Numbered from the stretch's first letter, positions 1 through 9,935 are shown. The stretch is DNA of 64,000 bases from a virus (IMGVR_UViG_3300020576_006967:96001-160000); one strand, 5' to 3'. Made by a program: numbers and translations. The notes: generated by a model from the sequence alone, not told the origin.

Positions 1-1
1 C

Positions 2-619
2 GATAAAATTGTTGCAAAGATTGAAGAAATCTACACAAGAAAAAACAAAGAAGGTAAAGAAACTGGGAGGTCATTTATCAACCACCTTTTAAAAGCTTAT
101 CTACCGATAAGCAAGGTTCAAAAAGTCTGGGATTCAAAAACAAAAATGAGATGTTGTTTTACCAACATGCCACTGTGTTCTATTGAAGATGTTTGGCAAA
201 TAACAAACAAAGAAGATATGGGCAAAAAGTTGGTTGAACATATGGCCTCTGCTTTTAAAGGAGAAAATAAACCACACCCACTAAAAGCAGAACTTAAAGG
301 AAGGGTTTTAGCTTATACTGGAGAAAAAACTGAAACATTTATGTGCTTAGAAGCCGTTCAGGCGTTCATAGACTGGTTTCAACACAAAGTGCTCACTGGC
401 GATAAAAATGTGGCCTTTATAGTTAGAGGCATTAGAACTAAAGAAACAATAAGTACAATAAGAAAAAAACTCCCAGAAGAATCAGATCAAAAAACCATTG
501 ATATGTTGGAGAAAAAAACAAAGCACCCAGAGAGAGCAACATATTCTCTCGGAGAAATGTCGGCGCTACAAGCACTACAAGCAAAACTTAAAGCAAGTGA
601 GGAGTCAAATGGTATATAA
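2..619 (+). CDS. hypothetical protein (5'-partial)
   Basis: Frame is open from base 2 to TAA at 619, so the gene starts before the window. Confidence 0.75.
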   Translation, partial: DKIVAKIEEIYTRKNKEGKETGRSFINHLLKAYLPISKVQKVWDSKTKMRCCFTNMPLCSIEDVWQITNKEDMGKKLVEHMASAFKGENKPHPLKAELKGRVLAYTGEKTETFMCLEAVQAFIDWFQHKVLTGDKNVAFIVRGIRTKETISTIRKKLPEESDQKTIDMLEKKTKHPERATYSLGEMSALQALQAKLKASEESNGI

Positions 620-962
620 AGGTGTTGATATTTTTATGTGTAAATTTTTTGCCTTACGCAAACCTGGAACTGGTAAGGGATTAAGATTTATAGTGAAAAA
701 ATACAGAGATCTAACCTCAGATGATTTTAATACTATAGAGGATATTTGTAAAATTATTGCTTACTGTTTTTGGATTATGAAAAAAGCAGACATACCAATA
801 TACAGTAAGTTTGCCGCAATTAGTTTTATAAACGAGCTTAAACCTAAACTTTCAGATTTAGAGAAAAAAATAAACGAAAGAGCAATCGAAGAACAAGAAA
901 GGCTTAAAAAAGAAACGAAAGAATCAATGAAGCAACTTGGAACAGTATATTCAAAAAGATAG
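609..962 (+). CDS. hypothetical protein
   Basis: ATG 609 overlaps the previous gene end; ends at TAG. Confidence 0.65.
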   Translation: MVYKGVDIFMCKFFALRKPGTGKGLRFIVKKYRDLTSDDFNTIEDICKIIAYCFWIMKKADIPIYSKFAAISFINELKPKLSDLEKKINERAIEEQERLKKETKESMKQLGTVYSKR

Positions 963-969
963 TTTAAAA

Positions 970-1329
970 TTAGCTAAGAGTAAACAAGTACAAAGTCTTG
1001 TTTGTAAGAGCTAAAGCTTCTTCTAGGATATTATTTAAATCTCCTTCGCTTGGGCTAAGGCTTTTTTTTCTTTTATTGATGTATCTGGCAAGTTTTTTGA
1101 AATATTCTACCATTTTTTCCTTATTATAAGCGTGGAAAGTCATTCTAACGCCACCAAAGTCAATTCTCTTGCCTCTGCCCATGTAGGCTTCTAAAAGTTG
1201 ATCTGTGAGTTCTAAAATACCTTCATAAAAATCTTGTAGAGCTTTGTGCTCAGCAAACGATTTTGTGTCCAAGTGCCAAAAGTGTGCTTGTTGTCTGGAA
1301 TGAAATAATATTGTAGCTGTTTTTCTCAT
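970..1329 (-). CDS. ferritin/Dps-like four-helix protein (DUF5856-like)
   Basis: QAHFWHLDTKSFAEHKAL..YE....LTDQLLEAYMG..LYLFTLS pattern; TATTTAT upstream. Confidence 0.75.
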   Translation of the reverse strand: MRKTATILFHSRQQAHFWHLDTKSFAEHKALQDFYEGILELTDQLLEAYMGRGKRIDFGGVRMTFHAYNKEKMVEYFKKLARYINKRKKSLSPSEGDLNNILEEALALTNKTLYLFTLS

Positions 1330-1356
1330 GGTTTGATAATAAATATCTCAAAAAAA

Positions 1357-1385
1357 AGAAACTTTTTGTATCTTTGAACGTATAA
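1357..1385 (+). promoter_or_regulatory. ECF-sigma-like phage promoter
   Basis: AGAAAC-N16-CGTATAA just upstream of ATG 1391. Confidence 0.65.
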
Positions 1386-1390
1386 AACAC

Positions 1391-1600
1391 ATGACAACGC
1401 AAAAAACAACTATTTTTAAGACCAAAAGAGAGCGCATTAGAGCTTTTTTACAAAAGGCAAAGTTTTCAAAATTTGAAAAGACTTCTGAGCCAGAAGCTAT
1501 TGCTTACGAACAATTTTGCGAATCACCTTTTTATGAAAAGACGGATTATAGTTATTTTACACGAGTGTACAATTTAGAAAAAATTCAGTCGAAAAAATGA
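1391..1600 (+). CDS. hypothetical protein
   Basis: ORF after promoter; ATGA overlap with next gene. Confidence 0.65.
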   Translation: MTTQKTTIFKTKRERIRAFLQKAKFSKFEKTSEPEAIAYEQFCESPFYEKTDYSYFTRVYNLEKIQSKK

Positions 1601-2331
1601 GAAACGTATTTAGGACCATTTCCACATTTCCGCCAAAATCCTTGAATAAAAACAAGGTTAAACTAAAAACAGAGGAATATAAGCTAAAAATTAGAGAGCG
1701 CCAGCATATTTTATATGCTCAGTCTAAGTATAGTTTACTTTTAATTTTCCAGGGCCTAGATGCTTCTGGAAAAGATGGTGCCACAAATGCCGTTTTTAGT
1801 TCAGTGAATTCTCAAGGTGTATCAGTTACAAGTTTTAAAAAGCCAAACGATATTGAATTATCCCATGATTTTATGTGGCGCATACATCAAGAGGTTCCAC
1901 AAAAAGGTTTAATAAAAGTTTTCAACAGATCTCACTATGAAGATATATTAATTCCTTCAGTGTATGGAACGCTTGACACAAAAACAATTAAAAAGCGCTA
2001 CGATTACATAAACAGTTTCGAAAACATGCTGATTGACAGTGGTACGATTGTGCTTAAATTTTATCTTCACATTTCGCAAGAACAACAAGCAATAAGGTTT
2101 AAAGAAAGATTGAGCAATCCAATGAAAAATTGGAAGTATAATCCAAGTGATACCGAAACCGCAAAACATTGGCCAGAATTTAAAAAGGTGTATCAAAACA
2201 TTTTTGATAAATGCAACGATGTGCCATGGATTATTGTGCCATCTGATAAAAACTGGTATAAAGAACATTTGATTGTTAAAACAATTGCTAAAGAATTACA
2301 AAAATTAAATTTAGAATATCCAAAATTATGA
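1597..2331 (+). CDS. ppk2: polyphosphate kinase 2 (class III-like)
   Basis: Walker A LLIFQGLDASGKDG, SFKKP..ELSHDFMWR, FNRSHYEDIL, KFYLHIS, PWIIVPSDKNW. Confidence 0.93.
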   Translation: MRNVFRTISTFPPKSLNKNKVKLKTEEYKLKIRERQHILYAQSKYSLLLIFQGLDASGKDGATNAVFSSVNSQGVSVTSFKKPNDIELSHDFMWRIHQEVPQKGLIKVFNRSHYEDILIPSVYGTLDTKTIKKRYDYINSFENMLIDSGTIVLKFYLHISQEQQAIRFKERLSNPMKNWKYNPSDTETAKHWPEFKKVYQNIFDKCNDVPWIIVPSDKNWYKEHLIVKTIAKELQKLNLEYPKL

Positions 2332-3320
2332 AAAGATTTTTTACTTCCGATTTACATTTCAGCGATGAAAGATATGATATTTTAGTAAGACCATTCAAGT
2401 CTTTAGAAGAACAACACAATACAATTATAAACAATTGGAATAGCGTTGTTGGCGAAGAAGATGAGGTGTACGTTGTTGGCGATATTTCTATTGACGATAT
2501 TGGTTTAAATGAGTTGCGTCATCTTAATGGTAGAAAAATACTTATTAAGGGAAACTATGATGTTCCACGCAATGAAGAAATTTTAAAATTTTATTTTGAT
2601 GAAATTCACGACTCAGGAATTGATTTAGAAATTCAAGGTAAAGTTTTTCACCTAAATCACTATCCAGAAAAAGCAAAGGGCGACAAGTTTAATCTTGTTG
2701 GCCATGTACATGGCGCATGGAGAATTCAAAAAAACATGATAAATGTGAGCGTTGAATCTTGGAATTATACTCCAGTATCAGAAGAACAAATTATAAATTG
2801 TCTGAATGCAATAGAAATACATTATGATGCTAACGTGTTTGCTGGAACACTATCTTCAAATATACCGTTTAACGTTATTTACACTGGCGAGCCGATCAAT
2901 ATTGTTGGGCCGTCTATTTTTCTTGCTGGGCCAACACCTAGAGATGCAAATACAAAATCGTGGAGGCCAGAATTTATACAAAAATTAAAGGATGCTGGTT
3001 TTAAAGGTACTGTGCTTACTCCAGAAACAAAAGTGTTTCAAGACTATTACGATTATGATAAGCAGGTAGAATGGGAAGATGAAGGTTTAACAAAAGCTGA
3101 CAAGATTGTATTCTGGGTTCCAAGAGATCTTGAAAATATGCCAGGATTTACCACAAACATAGAATTTGGTGATTGGATGAAGAGTGGAAAATGCATTCTT
3201 GGCTATCCTTTACCAGGAGTGAAGATGAATTATCTTCACTACAAGGCTAAGAAATTTAATATGCCAGTGTTTCACACAATAGATCATGTGTGTGCTTACA
3301 TCATCGACACACAAGATTAA
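2328..3320 (+). CDS. calcineurin-like metallophosphoesterase fused to nucleoside 2-deoxyribosyltransferase-like domain
   Basis: N-terminal SDLH, VGD, GNYD, HYP, GHVH; C-terminal SIFLAGP..SWR..QVEWE..FWVPR..PGFTTNIEFG. Confidence 0.85.
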   Translation: MKRFFTSDLHFSDERYDILVRPFKSLEEQHNTIINNWNSVVGEEDEVYVVGDISIDDIGLNELRHLNGRKILIKGNYDVPRNEEILKFYFDEIHDSGIDLEIQGKVFHLNHYPEKAKGDKFNLVGHVHGAWRIQKNMINVSVESWNYTPVSEEQIINCLNAIEIHYDANVFAGTLSSNIPFNVIYTGEPINIVGPSIFLAGPTPRDANTKSWRPEFIQKLKDAGFKGTVLTPETKVFQDYYDYDKQVEWEDEGLTKADKIVFWVPRDLENMPGFTTNIEFGDWMKSGKCILGYPLPGVKMNYLHYKAKKFNMPVFHTIDHVCAYIIDTQD

Positions 3321-4084
3321 CCTTTTCTTTTAGCAGGTTTTTTTTTAAGGCTTTTTTGAGAATTAGCTCTAATTGGTTTTCTAGGCTTTCTTGGAGTTTT
3401 AGCAATTTCAGTTGTTTTAGGTTTTTCAATAGCATCAAAAATAAATGTTGTTGTATATCCTGAAGAAAAATTAGGCTCTTCTTTTTTATCGACAATTGTA
3501 GATGTAGGATCTTTTGGAATTTCATCACCCATTTTTATAATGGGTTTTTTTTCTGAATCTAAATATGGGTGTTGATTATAAATTTCGTTTTTTAACTTAT
3601 ATAGTTTCTCCAAAACCTTTAACTCACCTTCGGTATTTGATTTTTTTTGTAGTTTTTCTATTTCTAACGAAATCTCATTTAAGCTTTTAGAAATTGGCGA
3701 TTTTTCAGTAATTTGTCCAATAGGTTCTAATAATGAAATTGTACCAAAAGGCCCAGTTCTAGACTGAAGTTTATCAACTCCGCCCTTAAACCTATCCTCA
3801 ATTGGCGTAGGATCAAAATTAAAGCCGTTTAATTCTCTAAACATTTCTTCGCTTAAACTTGAAGGTATGATACCATCATTTGAATCAAATGTTTTTTTAG
3901 GTTTAACAATATCTACAGCGTCTGTTTCTTTCGCCATAGGCGCTTCTTGCTTAATACCTAGAAGTTCTTCAGCAAGCTCTTTTTTAAGGGCCTCAAAGTC
4001 GGTTTCCTGAGACAATTGGTTTGCAAGCATATCAATAACTTTAGCTTTCACTCCATCTTTTATTTCTTTTCTATCTTCGGTCAT
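3317..4084 (-). CDS. hypothetical protein with basic C-terminal tail
   Basis: MTEDRKEIK reads from the reverse complement of CAT at 4082-4084; the ORF track's '+' label is wrong. Confidence 0.7.
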   Translation of the reverse strand: MTEDRKEIKDGVKAKVIDMLANQLSQETDFEALKKELAEELLGIKQEAPMAKETDAVDIVKPKKTFDSNDGIIPSSLSEEMFRELNGFNFDPTPIEDRFKGGVDKLQSRTGPFGTISLLEPIGQITEKSPISKSLNEISLEIEKLQKKSNTEGELKVLEKLYKLKNEIYNQHPYLDSEKKPIIKMGDEIPKDPTSTIVDKKEEPNFSSGYTTTFIFDAIEKPKTTEIAKTPRKPRKPIRANSQKSLKKKPAKRKG

Positions 4085-4149
4085 AATTTAGTTTTTTTTT
4101 GTATATTTGAATTAAATATATGCAAAAAACCTAGAAAACCAAATTGTAA

Positions 4150-4620
4150 ATGAAAGAATTCGAGACTATAGCTTTAATTATAGCAAAAACAACTGGGGTA
4201 ACTAGGGATGAACTTGTTTCTAAAAGTAGAAAAAGACCAATTGCAGAATTAAAAATGATGTGCTCGCAACTTTTAAAAAACTGCTCATATCAAGCTTCTG
4301 AAAAAATTACAGTTATAAAAATAGGAGATATTTTAAACTTGGATCATTCTGCAATAACTTATCATTTAAAAAAGCACGTAGAAATGATGGGCCAAAAAGA
4401 TGGAAAGTATAAAGCCTTATATGAAAAAATACTTAAAAGTTATAAGTCTGACAAATCTTTATCAATTATAAACGACTATGAGAGACAAAGTAAAATTTTA
4501 GCAGATAGAATAAAAGTTGAGCAAAAAAACCTGAATCAACTTATAGCTCAAAAAGAAGAAATAGACAAAAAAATAGATAATCTAAAATTTGTATCTGGTT
4601 ATTTAAAGCAAAGTATTTGA
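4150..4620 (+). CDS. DnaA domain IV-like HTH protein with coiled-coil tail
   Basis: GVTRDELVSKSRKRPIA...IGDILNLDHSAITYHLKK resembles DnaA_C (SKSRKR..IG..F.RDHSTV). Confidence 0.7.
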   Translation: MKEFETIALIIAKTTGVTRDELVSKSRKRPIAELKMMCSQLLKNCSYQASEKITVIKIGDILNLDHSAITYHLKKHVEMMGQKDGKYKALYEKILKSYKSDKSLSIINDYERQSKILADRIKVEQKNLNQLIAQKEEIDKKIDNLKFVSGYLKQSI

Positions 4621-4653
4621 TTTTTATTTGTGCATTGTTTAAATTTATGTATT

Positions 4654-5157
4654 ATGAAAGATAAAATACAATTTAAATATAAAGATGTAAATATTGAGTT
4701 TGATATATATAACGAAGAGTGGGTCGCTAGTTTTGAGGTGGACTTGTCTAACAAACATATTATTTACAAAAGGAACAAGTCTTTAAAAAGTTTAAAAGAA
4801 GCTGTGGATAGATTTGTTACAAATAACTTTACCCCAATTCCAATTTCTTATTTTGATAATAACTTAAATTTTGTGCAGGCTGAAATTACATCATTCACAG
4901 AAAAAGAAGGAGATTGTTGGATAAAATTCAACGATGGAAGAAGAACGCTGCTAACAGTTAATGACAACAGAATGTATTCAAAAAAAATATATGCGGCTGG
5001 TAACATAAATAACGAAGAAAAGTTATTAAAAATATTTGATTTAAGTGATCAAAAAACCAAAATAGAACACCAGTTGGAACAGATAAAAAAGGAAATTATT
5101 TTAACAATTGATAGCCTTGAAAAATACGATATAGCTGGATTACAAGTATTTAAATAA
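4654..5157 (+). CDS. hypothetical protein
   Basis: ORF; ATG 4654 preferred over upstream GTG. Confidence 0.7.
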   Translation: MKDKIQFKYKDVNIEFDIYNEEWVASFEVDLSNKHIIYKRNKSLKSLKEAVDRFVTNNFTPIPISYFDNNLNFVQAEITSFTEKEGDCWIKFNDGRRTLLTVNDNRMYSKKIYAAGNINNEEKLLKIFDLSDQKTKIEHQLEQIKKEIILTIDSLEKYDIAGLQVFK

Positions 5158-5242
5158 TTAAATAACTTTTAGTTTGTATTTGCTTTGATTCTTGATTTTT
5201 TTTATTTAAATTCGCATTGCTAAACCTACACTAAACACACAT

Positions 5243-6109
5243 ATGTTCAAAATAAAAATTCACAAAGATAAAATCACTTATAACATATTTAACGAAGATT
5301 CAAACAAATGGGAAGAGCAAATAGACCTTGATAACTCTTCAATGTTATCAAAATATTTTAACAATGAAGTTGAAATATCTGAGGACGTTACTTTTGAAGA
5401 TGTTATGAACATTTTAGAAAGATTTGAAAATGATGTTAACTATTGTTTTGCCGCTTATAGTCAGTGTATTCCTTTAAAAACATATTTAAAGGAAATGCGA
5501 ACCGATATTACTCATGATTTAGAAATAGTTCAGATAGAACTTTTTAGAAAAGGTGAAATATCTGCTTCAGAATTTTCATTAAACAATTCAATAAGGGGTT
5601 TCATGTCTGAAGAAAGCGCCGAGCGCCTGGGCGAAGAAATTGACAAACCTTTGTCTGTTGACACATATCATGTAAATGCATTAAAAAAATCAAAATTTTA
5701 CTTAAACGATAATATAGTCATTGTTGATTACGGCAACCCATCTTCGAGTGTTAATAATGAAGAAAACATGATTTTCGACGGGTTTGCTAGTTGGACGCTA
5801 CACGATTTAATTTCAACTATAATGTCAGTTTTAACACAAAACGGAACCCCATCCGAGAGAGACTCTGTAAATGTTGGAAATAATTATAATTTTAATAGTA
5901 TATCCAAAAACAAAGAAGAGATAAAAATGTGGATAGGGCTTTTTGAAGAAGAGCTTAAAGACAAAAGAGATAACAAAGAAGAAGCAATATCGTGCGAGCG
6001 ATATGAAGATGCTCATTTAATAAATGGGCAAATATTGGATTTAAAAGAAAAAATTAAGGATTTAAAAAAGCAATTAAGCGAAATAAGCACAGACGAACAA
6101 ATTGCATAA
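5243..6109 (+). CDS. hypothetical protein with C-terminal UVR (UvrB/C) coiled-coil motif
   Basis: 288 aa; KEEAISCERYEDAHLINGQILDLK. Confidence 0.75.
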   Translation: MFKIKIHKDKITYNIFNEDSNKWEEQIDLDNSSMLSKYFNNEVEISEDVTFEDVMNILERFENDVNYCFAAYSQCIPLKTYLKEMRTDITHDLEIVQIELFRKGEISASEFSLNNSIRGFMSEESAERLGEEIDKPLSVDTYHVNALKKSKFYLNDNIVIVDYGNPSSSVNNEENMIFDGFASWTLHDLISTIMSVLTQNGTPSERDSVNVGNNYNFNSISKNKEEIKMWIGLFEEELKDKRDNKEEAISCERYEDAHLINGQILDLKEKIKDLKKQLSEISTDEQIA

Positions 6110-6115
6110 CGAAGA

Positions 6116-6391
6116 TTAGCCTAAATCTCTTAAATCTCTTTCGAAACCATGACCTTTTAGATCATCTGGTAAATCATCATCAGATTCAAGTTCCTCCATT
6201 TCGTTTTTTACTATATTATATACCATAGAGGCTGATTGGCCACGAAATTCTGTGTTTATAAAGCCATTGACAGCGTTAACTTTTTCGTTTGATGTCATTG
6301 TGTTTCCTGCTCCCCAAAGAAGATCAGCAAGAGCTATTTTAATCATGGTTTCATGTACTGCTTCTTTTATTATATTTTTTATTGGTTCCAA
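6116..6391 (-). CDS. hypothetical protein
   Basis: TTG 6391 (or ATG 6346) start downstream of a TATTTAT motif. Confidence 0.55.
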   Translation of the reverse strand: MEPIKNIIKEAVHETMIKIALADLLWGAGNTMTSNEKVNAVNGFINTEFRGQSASMVYNIVKNEMEELESDDDLPDDLKGHGFERDLRDLG

Positions 6392-6466
6392 GGCGTTTGT
6401 TTTTTTAATAAATAGTTGTTTTTTTGGTTGTTTTTGGTTATATTTTATAATACAAAAACATAAAAT

Positions 6467-6733
6467 ATGACACCAAGACCAGTACTTGAAAAAACAAGAA
6501 TTCCGATGCCAACAAGTCATTATTCTCTACAGAGACAAATAATGAATTACATTTCAGATGGAGACTTTAATGAGTTCCTAGAATTAAATCCAGCTGCAAA
6601 AGTTTATTACGAAGACCTAGACGAAAATCAGAAAAAACAATATTTGGAAGATTTCTGGTATTTTTATAACTTAGCAGCACGATCAATTAACTTTTTAGAT
6701 TACACACAATATCCAATACACGAAAAATTATGA
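6467..6733 (+). CDS. hypothetical protein
   Basis: ORF with ATGA coupling to next gene. Confidence 0.6.
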   Translation: MTPRPVLEKTRIPMPTSHYSLQRQIMNYISDGDFNEFLELNPAAKVYYEDLDENQKKQYLEDFWYFYNLAARSINFLDYTQYPIHEKL

Positions 6734-7431
6734 AATATTACCTATACACTTTTAGAGACACATTAGACGGTCACAAGCTTGTTGGTTTTAAAGTTTTTAC
6801 CGAAATAGAGAAAGACATAGAACTAACTAGAATAAAAAAGAATTTTAAAAACGGCGGAACAATTTACTTTGGAGAGGATGGCGATTACGAATATGAGTAC
6901 GATTCTTTAAGAGATTTGATGTCTAGCATTAAAATAAAAGAAATACACAACATTCAATACAATTCGATAAAAAGTTCTTTTGAATCTGGTGAATTTGGTT
7001 ATTTAGGACCACTTAATTGTCAACCAGAAGATGAATACTGCGAAAATTGTGGTGGCTTACTTGAAGAATGCGATCAAGACATGTGTGATTCATGCAGAGA
7101 AGACGAAGAAGATGAAGAGTGGGAAAATTGTTATAATAAGCAAGTGGTCAATTTAGCTAAAATGATTAAGACAGAGTTTAATCTTGAGGAAACTGGACGT
7201 GTAAATTTTGCTTCATATTTTTCTTGGAAGCCTACTTCTAAAACAGAAATTGAAATTAGCATTAAAACTTTTGATGATGGTGGAGAAGATGATGAAGTAG
7301 AAATCAATTTAAAATACAACAATAAAGATGTTGGCTATGAGTGCTATGGAATAGAAGATGCTGAATCAGATTTTGAGGACACTGTTAAAAAAACGGTAAA
7401 CAACTTTTTAAACAAATCAAGAAGTTACTAA
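6730..7431 (+). CDS. hypothetical protein with CxxC...CxxC zinc-ribbon
   Basis: CENCGG...CDSC and acidic stretch. Confidence 0.7.
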   Translation: MKYYLYTFRDTLDGHKLVGFKVFTEIEKDIELTRIKKNFKNGGTIYFGEDGDYEYEYDSLRDLMSSIKIKEIHNIQYNSIKSSFESGEFGYLGPLNCQPEDEYCENCGGLLEECDQDMCDSCREDEEDEEWENCYNKQVVNLAKMIKTEFNLEETGRVNFASYFSWKPTSKTEIEISIKTFDDGGEDDEVEINLKYNNKDVGYECYGIEDAESDFEDTVKKTVNNFLNKSRSY

Positions 7432-8369
7432 TGAGTTATTACTTGCCATTACCAGATTGTGTAAAAATAAAAGAATCACCAATACATGGTTTTGGTTTGT
7501 ACGCAACAAAGAAAATATTCGCTGGAACCAATCTTGGTATTACGCATGTCAAAACAGATCTTAAAGAATTTCCAGATGGATGGATAAGAACTCCGCTTGG
7601 CGGTTTCTTTAATCACTCATCAAATCCAAATTGCGAAGTGCTACACGAAGAAAATTTTATTTTTTTAAAAACATTGGTGGACATCGAGCCTCTTGAAGAA
7701 ATTACAGCTTACTACACTTTATACAATCCAGAGAACGACAATAGGTTTGATGTTGCTATGGATTTTCTAAAAATTATTAAAGAGAAGTGTAAGTCTTTAG
7801 GCGTAAAATATTTATTTCCAATTACAAGTAAAGTTTCATATCCAGGATCTGGAGATATAAAGGTTTCTGGTTATTTCGATAATATTCCAGAACCAATATT
7901 GGCATGCGCTATCGGAAAACCTTTTTATCAGTGGTTAGAAATTTTGGTTCACGAATCTTGTCACATGGATCAGTGGTTGGAAAATAGTAGTTTGTGGTCA
8001 GATATTAGGAAAGATGGTATAGATTGCGACAAAAGAATGGACGAGTGGTTGGGAGGAAAAGAGTATGGAGTTGAAGAATATACGTATTTTATTAGGACCA
8101 TGCAGGCTGTTGAACTTGATTGCGAGAAAAGGTCTGTTGAAAAAATAATAAAACTTAATTTACCAATAAATGTTGAGGCTTATGTTAAAAAGGCAAATTC
8201 TTATTTGTTTTTCTATACAATTTTGCTACACACTAAAAAGTGGTGTGAAAACGCCCCATATAACGTTAAAGAGATTATAGAACAAATGCCAGGGCACTTC
8301 CTATCGTTTGATGAGTATGGAGCTGTTAGCGATGAAATTTTAAAAATTTACAAAGAAAATTGTTATTAA
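7431..8369 (+). CDS. SET-domain protein fused to HExxH metalloprotease-like domain
   Basis: SPIHGFGLYA, FFNHSSNPNC, EEITAYY (SET); LVHESCHMDQW...ELDCE (zincin-like). Confidence 0.8.
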   Translation: MSYYLPLPDCVKIKESPIHGFGLYATKKIFAGTNLGITHVKTDLKEFPDGWIRTPLGGFFNHSSNPNCEVLHEENFIFLKTLVDIEPLEEITAYYTLYNPENDNRFDVAMDFLKIIKEKCKSLGVKYLFPITSKVSYPGSGDIKVSGYFDNIPEPILACAIGKPFYQWLEILVHESCHMDQWLENSSLWSDIRKDGIDCDKRMDEWLGGKEYGVEEYTYFIRTMQAVELDCEKRSVEKIIKLNLPINVEAYVKKANSYLFFYTILLHTKKWCENAPYNVKEIIEQMPGHFLSFDEYGAVSDEILKIYKENCY

Positions 8370-8370
8370 T

Positions 8371-8399
8371 TGCAACCTTTAATGTTTGTTTGCGTATAA
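8371..8399 (+). promoter_or_regulatory. ECF-sigma-like phage promoter
   Basis: TGCAAC-N16-CGTATAA. Confidence 0.65.
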
Positions 8400-8421
8400 A
8401 CTATAAATATCTTTAACAACA

Positions 8422-8631
8422 ATGAAAAATAAAATTATACTATTTTTGGCTTTATTTGCCATGTTTATTTTAACATCTTGTCAAAAACAAGAAGAAACGT
8501 TAAACTTATACGGAGTTCAAGAAACAAACGCCTCTAAAACAACCCCACAAGCTTATTTGGCCTTTTTTGTTATTGCAACTATAGTCATTATCGTGATTAT
8601 GTGGTTTTATAAGAAAATTACAAAAAAATAG
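8422..8631 (+). CDS. small lipoprotein/membrane protein
   Basis: Lipobox LTSC and C-terminal TM helix. Confidence 0.65.
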   Translation: MKNKIILFLALFAMFILTSCQKQEETLNLYGVQETNASKTTPQAYLAFFVIATIVIIVIMWFYKKITKK

Positions 8632-8640
8632 CAAAAGCTT

Positions 8641-8937
8641 TTGAAAAAAAACCATCAAATATTTTCTGATTTACCATTAGAGATTGGCAAGCGATATAAA
8701 ACAAAGTTTGCCACTGGTGAATATTTTGTTGTAAGCAAAATAGAATACGTAGACAAAAAAGGCGCAAAAGTAAAGCACCCAATTGCTTTTGGCGTTTATG
8801 AAAACCATAAAAACATTGGGGAATGCCCTTTGCCAGCGGATAGAATAATACACGAAAAAAAATTTGAAAGAACTATAGAAATATGTGGCAAGTGTAAAAC
8901 TCCACTAGACGAAGACATCGAAATTGATGCTGAATAA
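8641..8937 (+). CDS. hypothetical protein
   Basis: TTG-start ORF; CGKC near C-terminus. Confidence 0.6.
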   Translation: MKKNHQIFSDLPLEIGKRYKTKFATGEYFVVSKIEYVDKKGAKVKHPIAFGVYENHKNIGECPLPADRIIHEKKFERTIEICGKCKTPLDEDIEIDAE

Positions 8938-8950
8938 TATAGTCTGGATA

Positions 8951-8981
8951 TTTGATTTTTTGTTAATAATTCTTATCTTTG
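8951..8981 (+). promoter_or_regulatory. Bacteroidota sigma70-type promoter
   Basis: TTTG-N19-TATCTTTG matches the -33/-7 consensus. Confidence 0.6.
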
Positions 8982-8998
8982 TATAATAAGTTAATAAA

Positions 8999-9196
8999 AT
9001 GAAAACACTTTGGAAAAATACTAATTTTTTTGAAAAAATTTGGATGATTGCAGCAGTCATGTATTCAATACAAATTGCGGCTGTTATATATAAATTTTGC
9101 GATAATTTTTTAGTTACTTTCTTTTTGTCAATACTTCCAAGTATTGGCGTTTTTGTATTTGGACTTATTATTGGCAGAATTTTAAAATATAAATAA
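8999..9196 (+). CDS. small membrane protein
   Basis: Two hydrophobic helices. Confidence 0.6.
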   Translation: MKTLWKNTNFFEKIWMIAAVMYSIQIAAVIYKFCDNFLVTFFLSILPSIGVFVFGLIIGRILKYK

Positions 9197-9198
9197 TT

Positions 9199-9489
9199 AT
9201 GGCAACAACAAAAAAATATATAGTTGGATTTTTGGACATAGTAGATGATGTTCCAGAAAAAGCGGTTTTTTTACACTCGAAAAGTGTTGATTGGGATAAA
9301 ATAGAAACCCAACCAGAAGACTTACCGAGATTAAAAAGAGCTGTTGGGTGCGGCTATGCACAATACATGCATTTTTTTGAAGTTGATAATAATGATTTTG
9401 AAGATCTTAAAACAGAGGGGTTTTTTAAATTAAACCTACTTGAGAGAATAAAAAAATTTAGCACCAAGCACAAATTGCAAACAGCATGA
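9199..9489 (+). CDS. hypothetical protein
   Basis: Tightly packed ORF. Confidence 0.65.
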   Translation: MATTKKYIVGFLDIVDDVPEKAVFLHSKSVDWDKIETQPEDLPRLKRAVGCGYAQYMHFFEVDNNDFEDLKTEGFFKLNLLERIKKFSTKHKLQTA

Positions 9490-9935
9490 ATTTGTACGTT
9501 TTAAAAATAAGGCCAAGCAGTAGGCTTGTAACTGAAACCAAATTAACACGTGAAGGTATTTGGATGGAAGGATTTGATCCGTCTGATTCAGCTTACGAAA
9601 TGTGCGTTGACGTTTTTTATACGTCAGAGGGTGATGGCTTTATTTTAAACGGCGGCAAAGAAAGAAGTATACTTGTTGGTGAGGAATTTCACAGAGAAAT
9701 GCTTCGCAAATATTCTTCTGAAGAGCTTTTAAAAGGTGTTGAAATTGATTCGCTTTTGTCTATTATAAACCCGCTGTCTTTGGATAAAGATGTTTTATTT
9801 GAAGAAGAGGTTAGGGATATTGCGAGTAAAATTGTAGACGAAACAGACTATATTAATTCTAAAGAAGATTTGTTTAATTTAATATGCAAAGAAATATCCG
9901 CACTAAAAGATAAATTCAAAATACAGCCAAAATGA
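9486..9935 (+). CDS. hypothetical protein
   Basis: ATGA-coupled ORF. Confidence 0.7.
   Translation: MNLYVLKIRPSSRLVTETKLTREGIWMEGFDPSDSAYEMCVDVFYTSEGDGFILNGGKERSILVGEEFHREMLRKYSSEELLKGVEIDSLLSIINPLSLDKDVLFEEEVRDIASKIVDETDYINSKEDLFNLICKEISALKDKFKIQPK

Noticed and set aside
3317-4084. ORF track lists this ORF on the + strand
   Set aside because: The protein reads only from the reverse complement (CAT at 4082-4084, TTA at 3317-3319), so it is annotated on the minus strand.
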